A DNA stretch of 63,551 nt, the filler included, from Collodictyon triciliatum (lineage: Eukaryota): assembly GCA_043381765.1 (NCBI GenBank). It is 13 parts of 13 records of this genome, joined end to end, with 100 filler letters (N's around TTAATTAATTAA, not from the genome) between each part and the next. Parts side by side here need not be neighbours in the genome. Positions count along the whole stretch, not along the records: positions 1 to 4,800 come from JBHJMP010005746.1; positions 4,901 to 9,699 come from JBHJMP010005747.1; positions 9,800 to 14,591 come from JBHJMP010005750.1; positions 14,692 to 19,485 come from JBHJMP010005751.1; 9 more parts are not named here. The stretch is one strand, 5' to 3'. This document shows positions 1 through 15,029 of this stretch, piece after piece (the stretch's first letter is position 1; each line of letters begins with the position of its first letter). Under the pieces are notes generated by a model, which searched no databases, was not told where the DNA came from, and saw only the letters and a list, made by a program, of their open reading frames with translations. The position numbers and the translations under genes were made by a program.

Positions 1-119
1 GTGAGAGAGTGAGAGAGTGAGAGAGTGAGAGAGTGAGAGAGTGAGTGAGTGAGTGAGTGAGTGAGTGAGTGAGTGAGTGAGTGAGTGAGTGAGTGAGTGG
101 GTGGGTGGGTGGGTGGGTG
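1..119. repeat. Compound microsatellite (GTGAGAGA)n-(GTGA)n-(GTGG)n
   Basis: Directly visible tandem units. Confidence 0.95.
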
Positions 120-146
120 AACGTAGAAAAGGTGAAAGAAGGATTT

Positions 147-3100
147 TTAGATATGATTTGAAGCACCATTATCATTAAATTTTTTCATCCTTTTTTCATT
201 TTTTAGTCCTTCCAATTTTTTCCCGGCTTTTTGAACAAGCGATGAGTTCAAAACAATTTCAATGATATAGTGTGAATAACCGTATATCATATCAAAGAGA
301 TAAATGATAAATTCCGGTCCTGCTTTCATCAAGGAGAATATAGCTATCATTAAATTGAAAAATACTATCAATGTGAAAAGGACAATATCATATTCATAAG
401 TAAATTCTACGTATCGAAATAGCAAACTGGCCATTAGTGTAAAATAGAGCACGTACATGGAAAAAATCTGTGATTTATGTAAAACTTTTGACATGAAAGG
501 TACAAAGTAATTTGATGATTCGATGCTTAGTGTCAATATCCAAAGACCAAAGTAAATTTGTAACGCGGGAGAAAAGAAGGAACTGATAACGACAATAAGT
601 AACTTTTGCATCATAGTCACGATTTCCCAATAATAGCATTTCTCCGTATAGCCATCAACCAGAAACCTTAGCAAATTATAAGTTTTGGATTTGGAGTTAA
701 CTAAGTCTGCCCTTTTATAAAACATGTATCCACCAAGAATTAAAGGTCCGCCAAAACAATACATAATGACATAGGCTAGAGAAATGCTTTTCCATGTGAA
801 ATAAACTGTATCGTTGCAACTAATTGACATGTCAGCTCTCAAGTAACTTTCATCACCCAGCTCTTCACAACCAAAGATACTCGATATTGTTGAAGTGATG
901 GTTGGATGGACAAAGAACAACATGACCAGTATTGAGTACGTAAATTCTTCTTTCAATTTTGAAAAAGAAACATCAGCTTTTTTCATTTGATTTGTGTATA
1001 ATTTCCATAGGATTTTGATGAAAATTATTAAAAGCAATACTAAAACTAAAGCGAGTGGCGTTATCATCGATACTAGAATTTTTTCATATATTGGTATTTC
1101 GAACTGGCATTCCATCGTATAACTGTCTATTGAGAGTGAAAATGAAAAAAAGGCTGGAATTTTCATTACCGATATTAAATCAGAGCTCCAATTAACGTCC
1201 AAGTTGCCCAAATAAGACAAAATCTGAAAATGAGTCGCAAGAGTCTTGAGAATTTGAATACCATCTGTTTTTGGTTTCCTCGATTGTTCCACTGTGTAAA
1301 TAATAAACATAAGTGGAAGAATGGTGCTTAAAAAGACCAAAAATCCATTTAACCTTTTTGAAGCACATTTCATGCAAAAGTATTGGCCTGTTTTTCCATA
1401 TCCTTTTTCACAAACGCCACACAAAACTCCTTTGTACCCTTCTGCACAAGTGTTGTTTCCTCCGGTGCAAGCTTCTTCGTTGAGACATTCATATGCGATG
1501 TAGACTCCATTGGAGCTTGGAGCTTGCCAGTATCCTGGTTCAACGTTAAGGTGACTGCTTCCATCACAAACAAATCCATTAGGACAGTCTTTGCACTGTC
1601 TAGAGCTTGATTCTAAATAAGTTGAACGAAGACACAAACAGTCGTTTATAGTTGTCGACCCCAATTTATCTCCATTCCAACCACTCCCACATGATATGCA
1701 TTCTTTTTGACCAGTTGAAGGGTTGTATGTTCCGGCTGTGCATAAAAGACAAGATTCTTGACCAGGTGATGGGTTGTATGTTCCCGCTGGACATGAAAGA
1801 CAAGCAGATTGACCGGGTAATGCATTGTATGTACCAGCTACACATGAGATACATGAATCAATACTGGTAGAACCGTTTGACGGATTGTATGTTCCAGATG
1901 CACATGAGAGACATTCACTTTGACCAGTGAATGGGTTGTAAGTTCCGGGTGCACATGAAAGACAAGCAGCTTGCTTTGAAGAGCCAGTCGATGGATTGTA
2001 AGTTCCAGCTGCACATGAAAGACAAGCAGCTTGCTTTGAAGAGCCAGTCGATGGATTGTAAGTTCCAGCTGCACATGAAAGACAAGCAGATTGACCGGGT
2101 AATGGATTGTATGTACCAGCCACACATGAGATACATGAATCAATACTTGTAGAGCGATTTAATGGATTGTATGTTCCAGCTGCACATGAAAGACATTCAC
2201 TTTGACCAGTGGATGGGTTGTAAGTTCCAGCTGCACATGAAAGACATTCACTTTGACCAGTGGATGGATTGTAAGTTCCAGCTGCACATGAAAGACATTC
2301 ACTTTGACCAGTGGATGGGTTGTAAGTTCCGGCTGCACATGAAAGACATTCACTTTGACCAGCATATGGATTGTACGTACCAGAAGGGCATAATTGACAA
2401 GAATTTGATGCTGAGTCATAAAACTGACCAGCAACACAAGGTCCCCAAATTTTAATTGTCATATCACTACTTCCAGAAACAATTTTTGAGTTATCAGGAG
2501 TAACAGCAACACTTAAAACCCAATTAGTATGGTCAATCAATGTGCGAACCAAAGCTCCATCAGAAAGATTCCAGATTTTGATTGCATTATCCCAACTCCC
2601 AGAAACAATATTTGAGCCATCGGGAGCAACAGCAACAACAAAAATTTCATTAGCATGACCAGTCAATGTGCGAACCAAAGCTCCATCAGAAAAATTCCAG
2701 ATTTTGATTGTACTATCAGAGCCTCCAGAAATAATATTTGAGCCATCAGGTGTAACAGCGACACTGCGAACATGGCCGGTATGAGCAGTAAATGTGCGAA
2801 TCAAAGCTCCATCAGAAAGATTCCAAATTTTGATAGTAGATTCGCCGCTTCCAGAGACAATATTTGAACTATCGAGAGTAACAGCAACACTGTTTACATG
2901 GCTACTATGACCTGTCAGTGTGCGAATCAAAGCTCCATCAGAAAGATTCCAGATTTTGATTGTATTGTCAGCGCTTCCAGAGACAATTTTTGAGCCATCA
3001 GGAGTAGCAACGACACTATTAAGCCATTCAGTATGACCAGTCAATGTGCGAATCAAAGCCCCATCAAAAAGATTCCAGATTTTGATTGTATTGTCAGCGC

Positions 3101-3416
3101 TTCCAGAGATAAAATTTGAGCCATCAGGAGTGACTGTAACACTGCGAACATGGTTACTATGACCATTTATTGTATGAATCAAAGTTCCATCAGAAAGATT
3201 CCAAACTTTGATTGTATTGTCATTGCTCCCAGAAACAATTTTTAATCCATCAGGAGAAACCGCAACACTGTGAACCCAATTAGTATGACCAGTAAGTGTG
3301 CGAATCAAACTATCCTGCTCTTCAGCGAGTCCCAATCCGCAGTGTAATACCAAACCTAAAAAAATGTCAATTTTTAAGTCTATGAATCACGGAGCAAATA
3401 CTCAAAATAATTAACA

Positions 3417-3512
<96 letters not shown>

Positions 3513-3565
3513 TAATGAATACCCAATAGCAACACGGCTACTAATGAGTTTGAATTCAATCTCAT
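147..3565 (-). CDS. Signal peptide + 7 WD40 repeats + Cys-rich (GCC2/GCC3, ephrin-receptor-like) repeats + multi-pass TM domain; 2 exons (3523-3565, 147-3355)
   Basis: ATG at 3565 and a GT..AG phase-1 intron at 3356-3522 give MRLNSNSLVAVLLLGLVLHCGLGLA (hydrophobic signal peptide). Then seven 42-aa GH...SGSxDxTIKIW repeats, CxxCxAGTYN repeats, and at least 7 hydrophobic helices in the C-terminal ~400 aa. Confidence 0.9.
1690..2440 (-). repeat. Coding tandem repeats of 51 and 60 bp (CLSCAAGTYNPSTGQSE / CLSCAAGTYNPSTGSSKQAA)
   Basis: Near-identical nucleotide units inside the receptor ORF. Confidence 0.9.
3417..3511. repeat. (AAT)n microsatellite inside intron 1 of the WD40 receptor gene
   Basis: Directly visible. 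Confidence 0.95.
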
Positions 3566-4737
3566 TCTATTAATGCGATGTGTGTTTAAATTTTGAAGTA
3601 CAATTTTTCTTTATAATCAATAAGATACTTTTTTTAATTTGATATTGGATGTTAAACTCGATTTTAATTGATTGGTTAAGAAATGCATTGGGAAGAATCA
3701 ACAGCAAAGTTTGAATCCAAATTTCATAAAAATTCAATATGAAGGTACTCTTATCCATAAAAATTGATCAAAGATTTACTATTTTATTTTATAACTTAGC
3801 GACAGGCTCAATTTATTCATTAAATTTTACAAAATTGCAACATCGCCTTTAATACAAAATGAATCGGGATATTTTTTAAGATTTTCTGATGAATATAAAA
3901 TAACAAAATAGTTCAATGTTTCAACATATATGTTTATTGATATATTTATTAATAAATAATTCTAATTATATTGAATCTTTTAATTAATATTTTAAAAAGG
4001 GCGTTTTTATCAAAAGTATTATATTTTGATTTGTGAATGGTACAAAAGTCTTAATAAATCGGTAAATCCTGTTTTTTAGTTATAATATATAATTTTAAGA
4101 CAGATGAAGAAAAAAAGACAAATTAAAAATGAAGCTCATGCAAATAAATCCCTATCACGAATAAATAAATGAATAAATAAATGAATATAAAAATAATGGT
4201 ACATAATTTGAGCTGAATTTTAAGAAGATTCTAATTGTTTGAGTTTAAGACCGAAATTATTTATTCTATAATTATCAATCAAAATAGCTGATGATCACAG
4301 CGAACCATTGTCTCAATTAATAGTATTCACTTTTAAATCAAAACATTATATCATAAAATATATATTAATATTATTTTCATTCTTCCTTTCAATAAAATAT
4401 ATTAATAAAATAATAAGAATTTGGTATATCATTAATTATTTACGCAATTTCAACAGTATTCGATTTTATCAAATCTATATACTATAGACACGTATCATTA
4501 AATTAAGTCTTATTCATATTTTGAATAAAACATATTATCAAGGATAATAATATTTCAATATTTTACTTTCATATTTATCAAATTTTACATGTAATGAAAT
4601 TTTTAGATGAAAATCATTAAAAGACAGTAAATTAGATCGGGCATTTTATGTATAGGCTTCCTAATATACAAAACGTCTCTTTATAATTGTAATGTTGGTT
4701 AATGCTCATAATAGATCAAACATTAAAACAGACCATT

Positions 4738-4740
<3 letters not shown>

Positions 4741-4797
<57 letters not shown>
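4741..4797. repeat. (CA)n microsatellite at segment end
   Basis: Directly visible. Confidence 0.95.
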
Positions 4798-4799
<2 letters not shown>

Positions 4800-4800
4800 A

Positions 4801-4900
4801 NNNNNNNNNNNNNNNNNNNNNNNNNNNNNNNNNNNNNNNNNNNNTTAATTAATTAANNNNNNNNNNNNNNNNNNNNNNNNNNNNNNNNNNNNNNNNNNNN
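4801..4900. other. Artificial contig linker N44-TTAATTAATTAA-N44 (first of 12; the others start at 9700, 14592, 19486, 24380, 29279, 34171, 39060, 43949, 48883, 53771, 58666)
   Basis: Identical 100-nt spacer with a six-frame stop palindrome recurring about every 4.9 kb. Flanking segments are about 4.79-4.83 kb, consistent with a size-sorted concatenation. Confidence 0.98.
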
Positions 4901-4902
4901 TT

Positions 4903-4950
<48 letters not shown>

Positions 4951-5269
4951 TGAGTGTGTGTGTGTGTGTGTAAAATCGCTCTGGAGTACTAGAAATAATT
5001 AAAACAAAATAATCTTATGATTCACAGAGATCTTAGTTTGTCAGGGTGTTCAATTTATCATATTATTATTCAAGAAAGAAAAAACGTCCTAACATATAAC
5101 AAAGAGTGAAAACCACCACCACCACCACCACCACCACAACAACAACAACAGGACTAAATAACTCGTATTCTCTAATCCAATCATTCGTTCTTTTGGCCTC
5201 CCGATTTCGGCCTTCGCACTTCGGGAATTGTTGGGGAGACCCCCCGAGCAGGGCCGCTTTTCTTCTTAC

Positions 5270-5810
5270 CTCTGCAAGTATTGGCACGTCGTACAATCAA
5301 AGGGAAGTATACGTGTAGGTTCGTGTGTAGAAAAGGAAAAAAAGAGGATGAATAAGATTAGAAGGAAAATGAGAAGAGAAAATATCAGGTCTTCCATTGT
5401 CCTAATATACTTGTCGCTATTATCTGCTTACGGCTTCGGTGCAGACGATGATGCTTGAGCTCCATCGCGAATGGCCACCTGAACGCGGTCCTATGTGAAC
5501 ACAAATCAATCAGACATCACCACAGAGTGCCAAACATATGGTTGATTGTACGGACAATCTGGACACATCCATAAATATTTATCTATCGAGAGATTATCAT
5601 CAAAGGTTTCCGCACGTCTCGTATGAAATATTACTGGATTGGTAAGACGTTTGACATTTGCTGCATCCACCATCAACATCTAATATACCAAGTAAATCGA
5701 ATGAATTAGCAACACTATGGTGATAATAGTAATAACGAACGCTACAGAATATAGACCTTGTATGCCACCCAAGAAACATGCGCGCTTGCTTTTTCACGAA
5801 GTAGCTAAAA

Positions 5811-5873
<63 letters not shown>

Positions 5874-8800
5874 ATGAAGCTACTCAGTTATCTGTATTTG
5901 AGAAATTGAAAGGAAAAGGAAAACCAATGTACTCATCAAATTTGCGGGCATGATGTAACCCTAACCTTAAGAAATTGTTCTTTCTTTTGTACTATGCGAT
6001 CATAATCTTGTGGCTTTCCGTTATCGCGACAATACTAATATTAAAAATTGTTTCAGTCCAAAAGGATTATTTATCTATTTTTTTTTTCAAAAAAAAAAAA
6101 AAACGTCCTAGAACCGAATCTTACTCTCAGACTATTATCGACGATAGCCTCAGACGCAGCCCAGCTTTGAGACAGAGAACCCAACTGGATGCATGTGGCC
6201 TTCAGTTATTATGTTCAAATAGGGACATACATATTCGTTTGATAAAATCTTGGGCGATTCAGAATGAGAAAATGATAAAAAAAAAAAAAATAATGCTATG
6301 GACTAAGTTTCAGAGTGTAGCGAAAATAAAAGCAAGTTTTAATGAAATTACCGCTCGTTCGGGAGTCACCTGGGGGTTTTCGTGGACAGTAGAACCAAAA
6401 TTCTGGTCTTTTGCAACCTTTTCAGAACTTAATTTAAAAAGAAAAAAGTGCATCTCGCTCTGTTCATATTGCTAAAGTGAAAGTTCACCAACATCAAGTA
6501 TACAATGTTCTACGGCTTACCTGAAGGAATGTCTGAAGGTCAATCCCTTCTTCAGAGGTCTTCAAAACATCCGAGAACATGCGAAATACCTATTATTCCA
6601 ATAAACTGTTCAACGTAAAACTACATCTGAATTCCTTCCACGGAATTGCGAGATATAGTAGGTATTATTTATATTTATATAATTTTTTTTAAAAAAGAAT
6701 TCAACATATGGTATTCCCTTCGATTAGTAAGCAGTGGCTAACCTGACGTTCAGAGCAAAACGGGTCCACATACTGGATTAAAGCATGAAATTCATCGGGC
6801 TGGAGAAGGCTGTGGGTGGAGTCATAGCAGAAGAATTAACGGTATATATTTGTAAGACTCAAAAGTCTATCTAAACTAACCCATCCCCGCTAGCATCCGC
6901 GGCATGAAAAACTGCTTCTAGATATGACAGTGTCCTTTTCGATTCGCTGTAAAATTATCTGAGGGTTAAACTTTGGATTAAATTGCACAAATAAATGAAA
7001 AAGCATTAGAGTTGAGTCTGTAAGGATATACTAACTTCGACCATTCGACCAGACAAAGCATGATGAATTCATCTACATCAACGAGCTATATGTAACATAC
7101 CCTGCTTTGAGATATTGATACATAGTCGCGATGAAAAGTGAAAAAAAGAAAAAGAAAAAGAAAAAGAAAAAGAAAAAGAAAAAGAAAAAGAAAAAGAAAA
7201 AGAAAAAGAAAAAGAAAAAGAAAAAGAAAAAGAAAAAGAAGGGGTTCAAATAAAACCTTTTCGGTTGGAATGCGTTTTTTCCCTGGACGTAACGTGATTG
7301 ACTCTGTATCTTCACCAACCTTCCTCGCCTTTATGGTCACCAATGTTGTGAGTTCCCTTAATATGAGCAGAAATGCTTAGCATCATAATGATTACTTGAC
7401 AAACCCCAGCTAGTTACCAAATATTACCACAACTATCGCCAGTATGGACAGTAACACCGTTATATTGTGTTTTGAATGAAACCGTACTCATTTACATCAA
7501 CAGCGAGGCTATTTAGTTTTGCCAAGAAAGCCTGTGCGACATCTGGCTCCATGTTATGTTGTACACTAAGTCCAAATATTAATTAGTATTATTACCCATA
7601 TTATGATTACTTTCTTAAAAATACATCAAATCGTGTTTGTACACAATGCCATCAATTTGTTATCGTTATTAAAGGAAAAATACAAATACAGTAAAGAGTG
7701 ATACAATAAGGAAGATAGTCTTACTTGTTGAATAGAGACAAAGCCCTCTGGTATGTAGTCCATATGACTCCGTCTTCTGTCTCTGCATATGTCACACCAA
7801 CTTGACTGTAAAACAATTGCTTATATACTTTCCTAATTTTTGCTTCGTGAGTATTTGAAGAATATTTTTATCTATCACTCTCCAACATCTCTTATATTAG
7901 GTTATTAATAAAGTCTTTCTATTCGCCTTGGGCGATTGGTATAGCAATGTTGGAATGTATGTGTTTGGAAAGACCAGTGCATACAAGTAAAAGTCGACAG
8001 CCGACTTAGGATAACTGATATCTCTGGGGAAGACCTAGTGTGCCGTAAGTTGTAAATTCCAACATTCAAGTAGTTCAATATAGTAGAAATGAATGATAAA
8101 AAAAAAAAAAGAAGCGTAAATTCAGTTTGCAAATTAAAATCGATGACAGACTGACCCCACAAAAGTTTGCAAAAACTCTAATTCTGGTTGTTTCATTTTT
8201 GTACTGCTTTAATGTGGACAGCATATTTACTAGATTCTGGTAGGTACAATTTGAATGCTCAAAGTCAAAGATTTCCAATATGATATTGTAACAGACAAGC
8301 TACATATTTGAATTGATATTTACAGATAACATATATGACATACCCCCTCTGCTAACTGTCTCAACCCGTACTTATTTATAAAGTAATCATAAACAAATTC
8401 GGTCATAGATTGGCGAGGATGATGCATTCTATTTTAAAAAAGAAAAGAAAAAAAGGTTTGAGAGCCACAGAAAATGCCATATCTCTACGGAAAACAAGAA
8501 AAAAAATGTTTGAATCGTTTTCCTATCGTCATTGGTTCATACTTATCGTCGATGTCATCTGCATTCATTTTTTCATGGTATATGCTGCTTATCATCTTCA
8601 TCAAGGTCTTCATACTTAATATATTTGATGATCCTAATAATTTTCACAAATAAGACAGAGTGATTTAACAAAAATAATAAACGATGGAGAGAGAGTTCTT
8701 TTTATTATTATTACCTTTGAGAAGTTTGGTGAACAATTTGGAATTAATAACACGAGCCCACATTCTTAAAGGTCGCTATATATGATATATAAATCGATCA

Positions 8801-9658
8801 GTCAAAGTGAAAGGGGGAAAAATGAAGGGCTAATTAAATATAGTTATATCGAAAGTAACTATGTATAAGGATTTATACATCAGCCAAGGGGGTCTTTGTA
8901 GCTTTTTTTAAATCAATAATTGAAATTAAAATTTTGTTAGGAGCTTCATTAGAAATAAATGTGTCTATTGATATAAAAGTCGATTTGAAGATTATCCTAC
9001 CCCTGTTATTAATAATGAAATAAACTTGGATGAGTTGAGACGTCATAAAAATACTTTATGAAACGCAAAAAGTGATCAGTATTAAGAATTAGAGCTCAAA
9101 GAACTAAAAAAAAAAGTCTGACCCCGCTCCGTCATCATTTTGGCCTGCGAGATCTTCAGATACTGGGTTGTGGAGAAAATGTAAGAAATTATGAATACAA
9201 TCATGAGAGAAAAATATACAGACTGGCTTCTTCGGATGGTCCTTCGTTTTCAAGGTCGATAACCTCAGTTTGAGTTCCCTTCACTGCCGTGTCCACAAGC
9301 ATGTCAGATTTCAAGTTTCGAAGTCTTTCAAGTTCTTACAGGTGCAATATTAATGAGGTATTTTTTTTTAAATCATTGGGCGTATTTTTTTTTTATGTTG
9401 CAAAAACGTAAAATTTAGGACACACTCAATATGTAAATAGTATTCATATATGTAACACTTGAGTAACTTCAGACAAGTATGTATATATAGTACAAGTATG
9501 ATTTTATAAACTACCTTCAATCAGCGATGCATTTAGCTTTTCTAACTGAATCATGCGCTGCAGCTTCATATTAAGATCTGGATCTGCTTTTGTTCTCAGG
9601 TGCTTGTTGAGATTTTTCAAGTAATCCAAGTCGTTCATGTAAGTAAAGATTCTTGCAC
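5270..9658 (-). CDS. Multi-exon EF-hand-containing protein, 5'-partial, boundaries approximate
   Basis: Hand-spliced exons read ...LKQYKNETTRIRVFANFCG|VFPRDISYPKSAVDFYLYAL...LVDVDEFIMLCLVEW...LEAVFHAADASGDG|LLQPDEFHALIQYVDP...VFRMFSDVL. DASGDGLLQPDEF is an EF-hand loop. Many GT-AG introns. Confidence 0.7.
7141..7240. repeat. (GAAAAA)n hexamer repeat, intronic
   Basis: Directly visible; the same unit recurs at 58766-58940. Confidence 0.95.
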
Positions 9659-10006
9659 CTAAAGCACTTCTGTTTGCGGGGGGGGGGGGGGGGGGGGGGN
9701 NNNNNNNNNNNNNNNNNNNNNNNNNNNNNNNNNNNNNNNNNNNTTAATTAATTAANNNNNNNNNNNNNNNNNNNNNNNNNNNNNNNNNNNNNNNNNNNNC
9801 TTTTTTTTTACTTTTGTAATTTTGTAATTTTGTAATTTTGTAATTTTGTAATTTTGTAATTTTGTAATTTTGTAATTTTGTAATTTTGCTCTTTATTATT
9901 ATTATTCTTTTTTTTTTTTTTTTTTTTGACAACAGCGTGTTACTAAGGCTACAGCGAAATCTTACACTAAATACACGCATATAAAAGTGGACTTCGTTAC
10001 CAATAC

Positions 10007-12613
<2,607 letters not shown>

Positions 12614-13010
12614 GCCCTATGGCCTGTTTCATGGCCCTTGTAAGCATATCGCCCTCGGACAGACCTCGAATCGTGTCCTTTGGCTTTTCGTTACGCAGCG
12701 GCATCCACGGCAATCGCCCCAGACAACACCGAGAGGCAGGGCAGCTTATTGTTTTCCACTATAAATTCCAGATTAGAATTCCAGATTTGCACCTTGGCGA
12801 GACCTGTCACACAAGACTGCTTGGGGCGAAATGAGATTGAACCAAGGGCGCTTGATTGGGTGCGCTGGGCACTGACATGCAGGGATATGTGGGCCGCGGC
12901 TTTATTGCTGCAGAGGTGCGGGCGACCAGAACAGGGGGTGGAGGAGGGAAGAGGAGGAGGAGGAGGAGGAGGAGGAAAGAGGGCGGATGCATTCGGAGAA
13001 GGCAGAGGCT

Positions 13011-13640
13011 TTAGGCCTTGCGGAAGACGCGCTTGACAGAGGCGGTCTGGCCCTCGACGGAGACGGAGGTCTCGGCAACAAGGGTCTTCCCGTCGTCCTC
13101 AAGGTGGCGGCGGATGGTGCGCTCCGAGGTCTTTCCGTTGGCGTTGGTGTAGCGGTGGGTGACAAGCAGGACCTTGCCGTCCTCCTCGAAGGTGGCCGTG
13201 ACCTTGGTCTTGTGGCCGTCCACGTCGTGCTCCTCCTCGGCGCCGTTGAGGTTGACAGTGCCTTCCTCGTTCTTGAGGGTCGTCTCCATCTTGATCGAGA
13301 ACGTCTCGGCTGTCTGGTTGATTGTCAGCTTGACATTGGTGGTGTTGGCGATGGCCTTGCGGGCGACCCATCCGCGTCCTGCAATGAGACAGACATGCGT
13401 GCAAAGACAAGGAGAGGGGATGACTGGTTAGGGCCTCTGTTTGTCGGGGTCCGAGCCCTTTTGGGCGGCTCTGAGCGGGTGAGTATGTCATAGGTATGTG
13501 ATCTTCTCAGTTTGTTTCTCATTTTGTTCGTGCATGTATGTGTGTGCGTCTTTCTCACCCTCAAGTTCAGCGACGGCTTCGGGGTTGCCAGAGGCGGCAG
13601 CATCGAGATTCCAGGTTCCAGTGAAGTCAGCGCGGGCCAT
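13011..13640 (-). CDS. Fatty-acid-binding-protein-like (FABP/iLBP, lipocalin-fold) protein, 149 aa; exons 13559-13640 and 13011-13378
   Basis: MARADFTGTWNLD (GxW motif) ...ELEG|RGWVARKAIA, followed by a beta-strand/turn pattern (TFSIK, GAEEEHDVDGHKTKVTATFEEDGKVLLV) and C-terminal VKRVFRKA. GT-AG phase-1 intron; strongly GC3-biased codons. Confidence 0.8.
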
Positions 13641-14195
13641 TGCGAGGAGTTTGTTGAGGCTGAGACGGCTGCGGAGGTAAAGGCGGCGGAGTTGTTGTGA
13701 GGCTTTGGGTATTAGTGGGTTTAAGAAAAAAAAAAGCTTTCCCATAACTCATAGTCCAAAGCGAGTCAATATATACTCTTCCCTATTACCCCAAGGCCTA
13801 TTTTGGCGAATTTATACCCTGTGTCCACGCGGTTTGGATTTTCGAGGTTGTCAAAGTTTGTGCAATCCTGCTTATATATGAATTATTTTGTTTGTGGGTT
13901 CGCTTGGTGACATCAAATGAGCCAGTAGGGAACGCACACGAAAATCGTACCGCAAATAGATATTTTCTTCTCAATTTAGATTCCAGAAATGATGCAGAAC
14001 ATTCAAGAATTTGCGGGCATTAACATTATTATGGAATATATAATATAATAACTTTATTAGAAATTCTGATGGATTGATATACTTAATTAGTCTAATTATA
14101 TAGTTAAATTACATAATAATAATCAGTAAACTCATATGAGGATTGTTCTGAAAAAGATGTCATACCATCTTTATGATACACTCGTTGAGTAATCA

Positions 14196-14331
14196 ATTTT
14201 CATAACAATCCACTTGCGGGTGTGAGAAGATGTCTGGTGCTGATCTGTGGTAAATCCTCCCACTGCTGGTGATCGCCCGCTGTTCAGGGCGCGCAGGGGA
14301 TTCGGTGTCGGAATGTCTCACCACCAGACGC
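14196..14331 (-). CDS. Possible terminal exon of an unknown gene cut by the linker
   Basis: GC-richer island after a tctcag acceptor, reading RLVVRHSDTESPARPEQ...CYEN*. Confidence 0.3.
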
Positions 14332-15029
14332 TGAGATAGACAGAGTATGAAGTTAAAGTAAAAACAAATGCTAAAGTAAAAATAAAAGCAAGAAGCTGAA
14401 TCGTAAATGGTAATAGTTGGTTTTCGTTGTTTGAATAGTTTCTTCTTATGTGTGTATCCTTTAACTGTGTGTTTCGTTTCAGATTTTCGTACTTTTGCGA
14501 CTTGAATTTTTTTGTTTTTTTTATCTTTTTGTTCTTTTTTTTTTTGTTTTTTTTGTTTTTTTGTTTTTTTTTTTTTTTTTTTTTTTTTTTTNNNNNNNNN
14601 NNNNNNNNNNNNNNNNNNNNNNNNNNNNNNNNNNNTTAATTAATTAANNNNNNNNNNNNNNNNNNNNNNNNNNNNNNNNNNNNNNNNNNNNCAGATCCTG
14701 GGAGCCCAAATCGTAACCTTGACAGCGGCTTTGAATACGCTTCCCCCCAAGTAATTGGAGCCGCGATGGATAGTCCCTCTAATTATCTAGAAGAAATACT
14801 CAGTGGTGAGCTTTGGCTTTTTTTTATTTACAAAACGATTTGACGTCCTCCAGGTTTGAATGCCCAAACGCATTTGTAGAGCTTCTACTCATGAAAGATT
14901 TTCATGGATTACAGTTTCTGTCCCAAGCATGATTCCAAGAGATGGCATCCAGCATATACTGTCTTCTCCAAACTCTGAGCAGCCAGAATCACGTAAGATT
15001 GACGAAAATGGTCACTATCTCAAAGCGTT

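Noticed and set aside
7073-7380. Poly-F, poly-KR, FLFL and similar ORFs in the ORF track (also near 12030, 19050, 29323, 38818, 39108, 56898, 58714)
   Set aside because: Translations of intronic or intergenic microsatellites and N runs.
12987-13493. Long antisense ORFs over FABP, MDH and the kinase
   Set aside because: Expected shadow ORFs of GC3-rich coding sequence, with no independent motifs.
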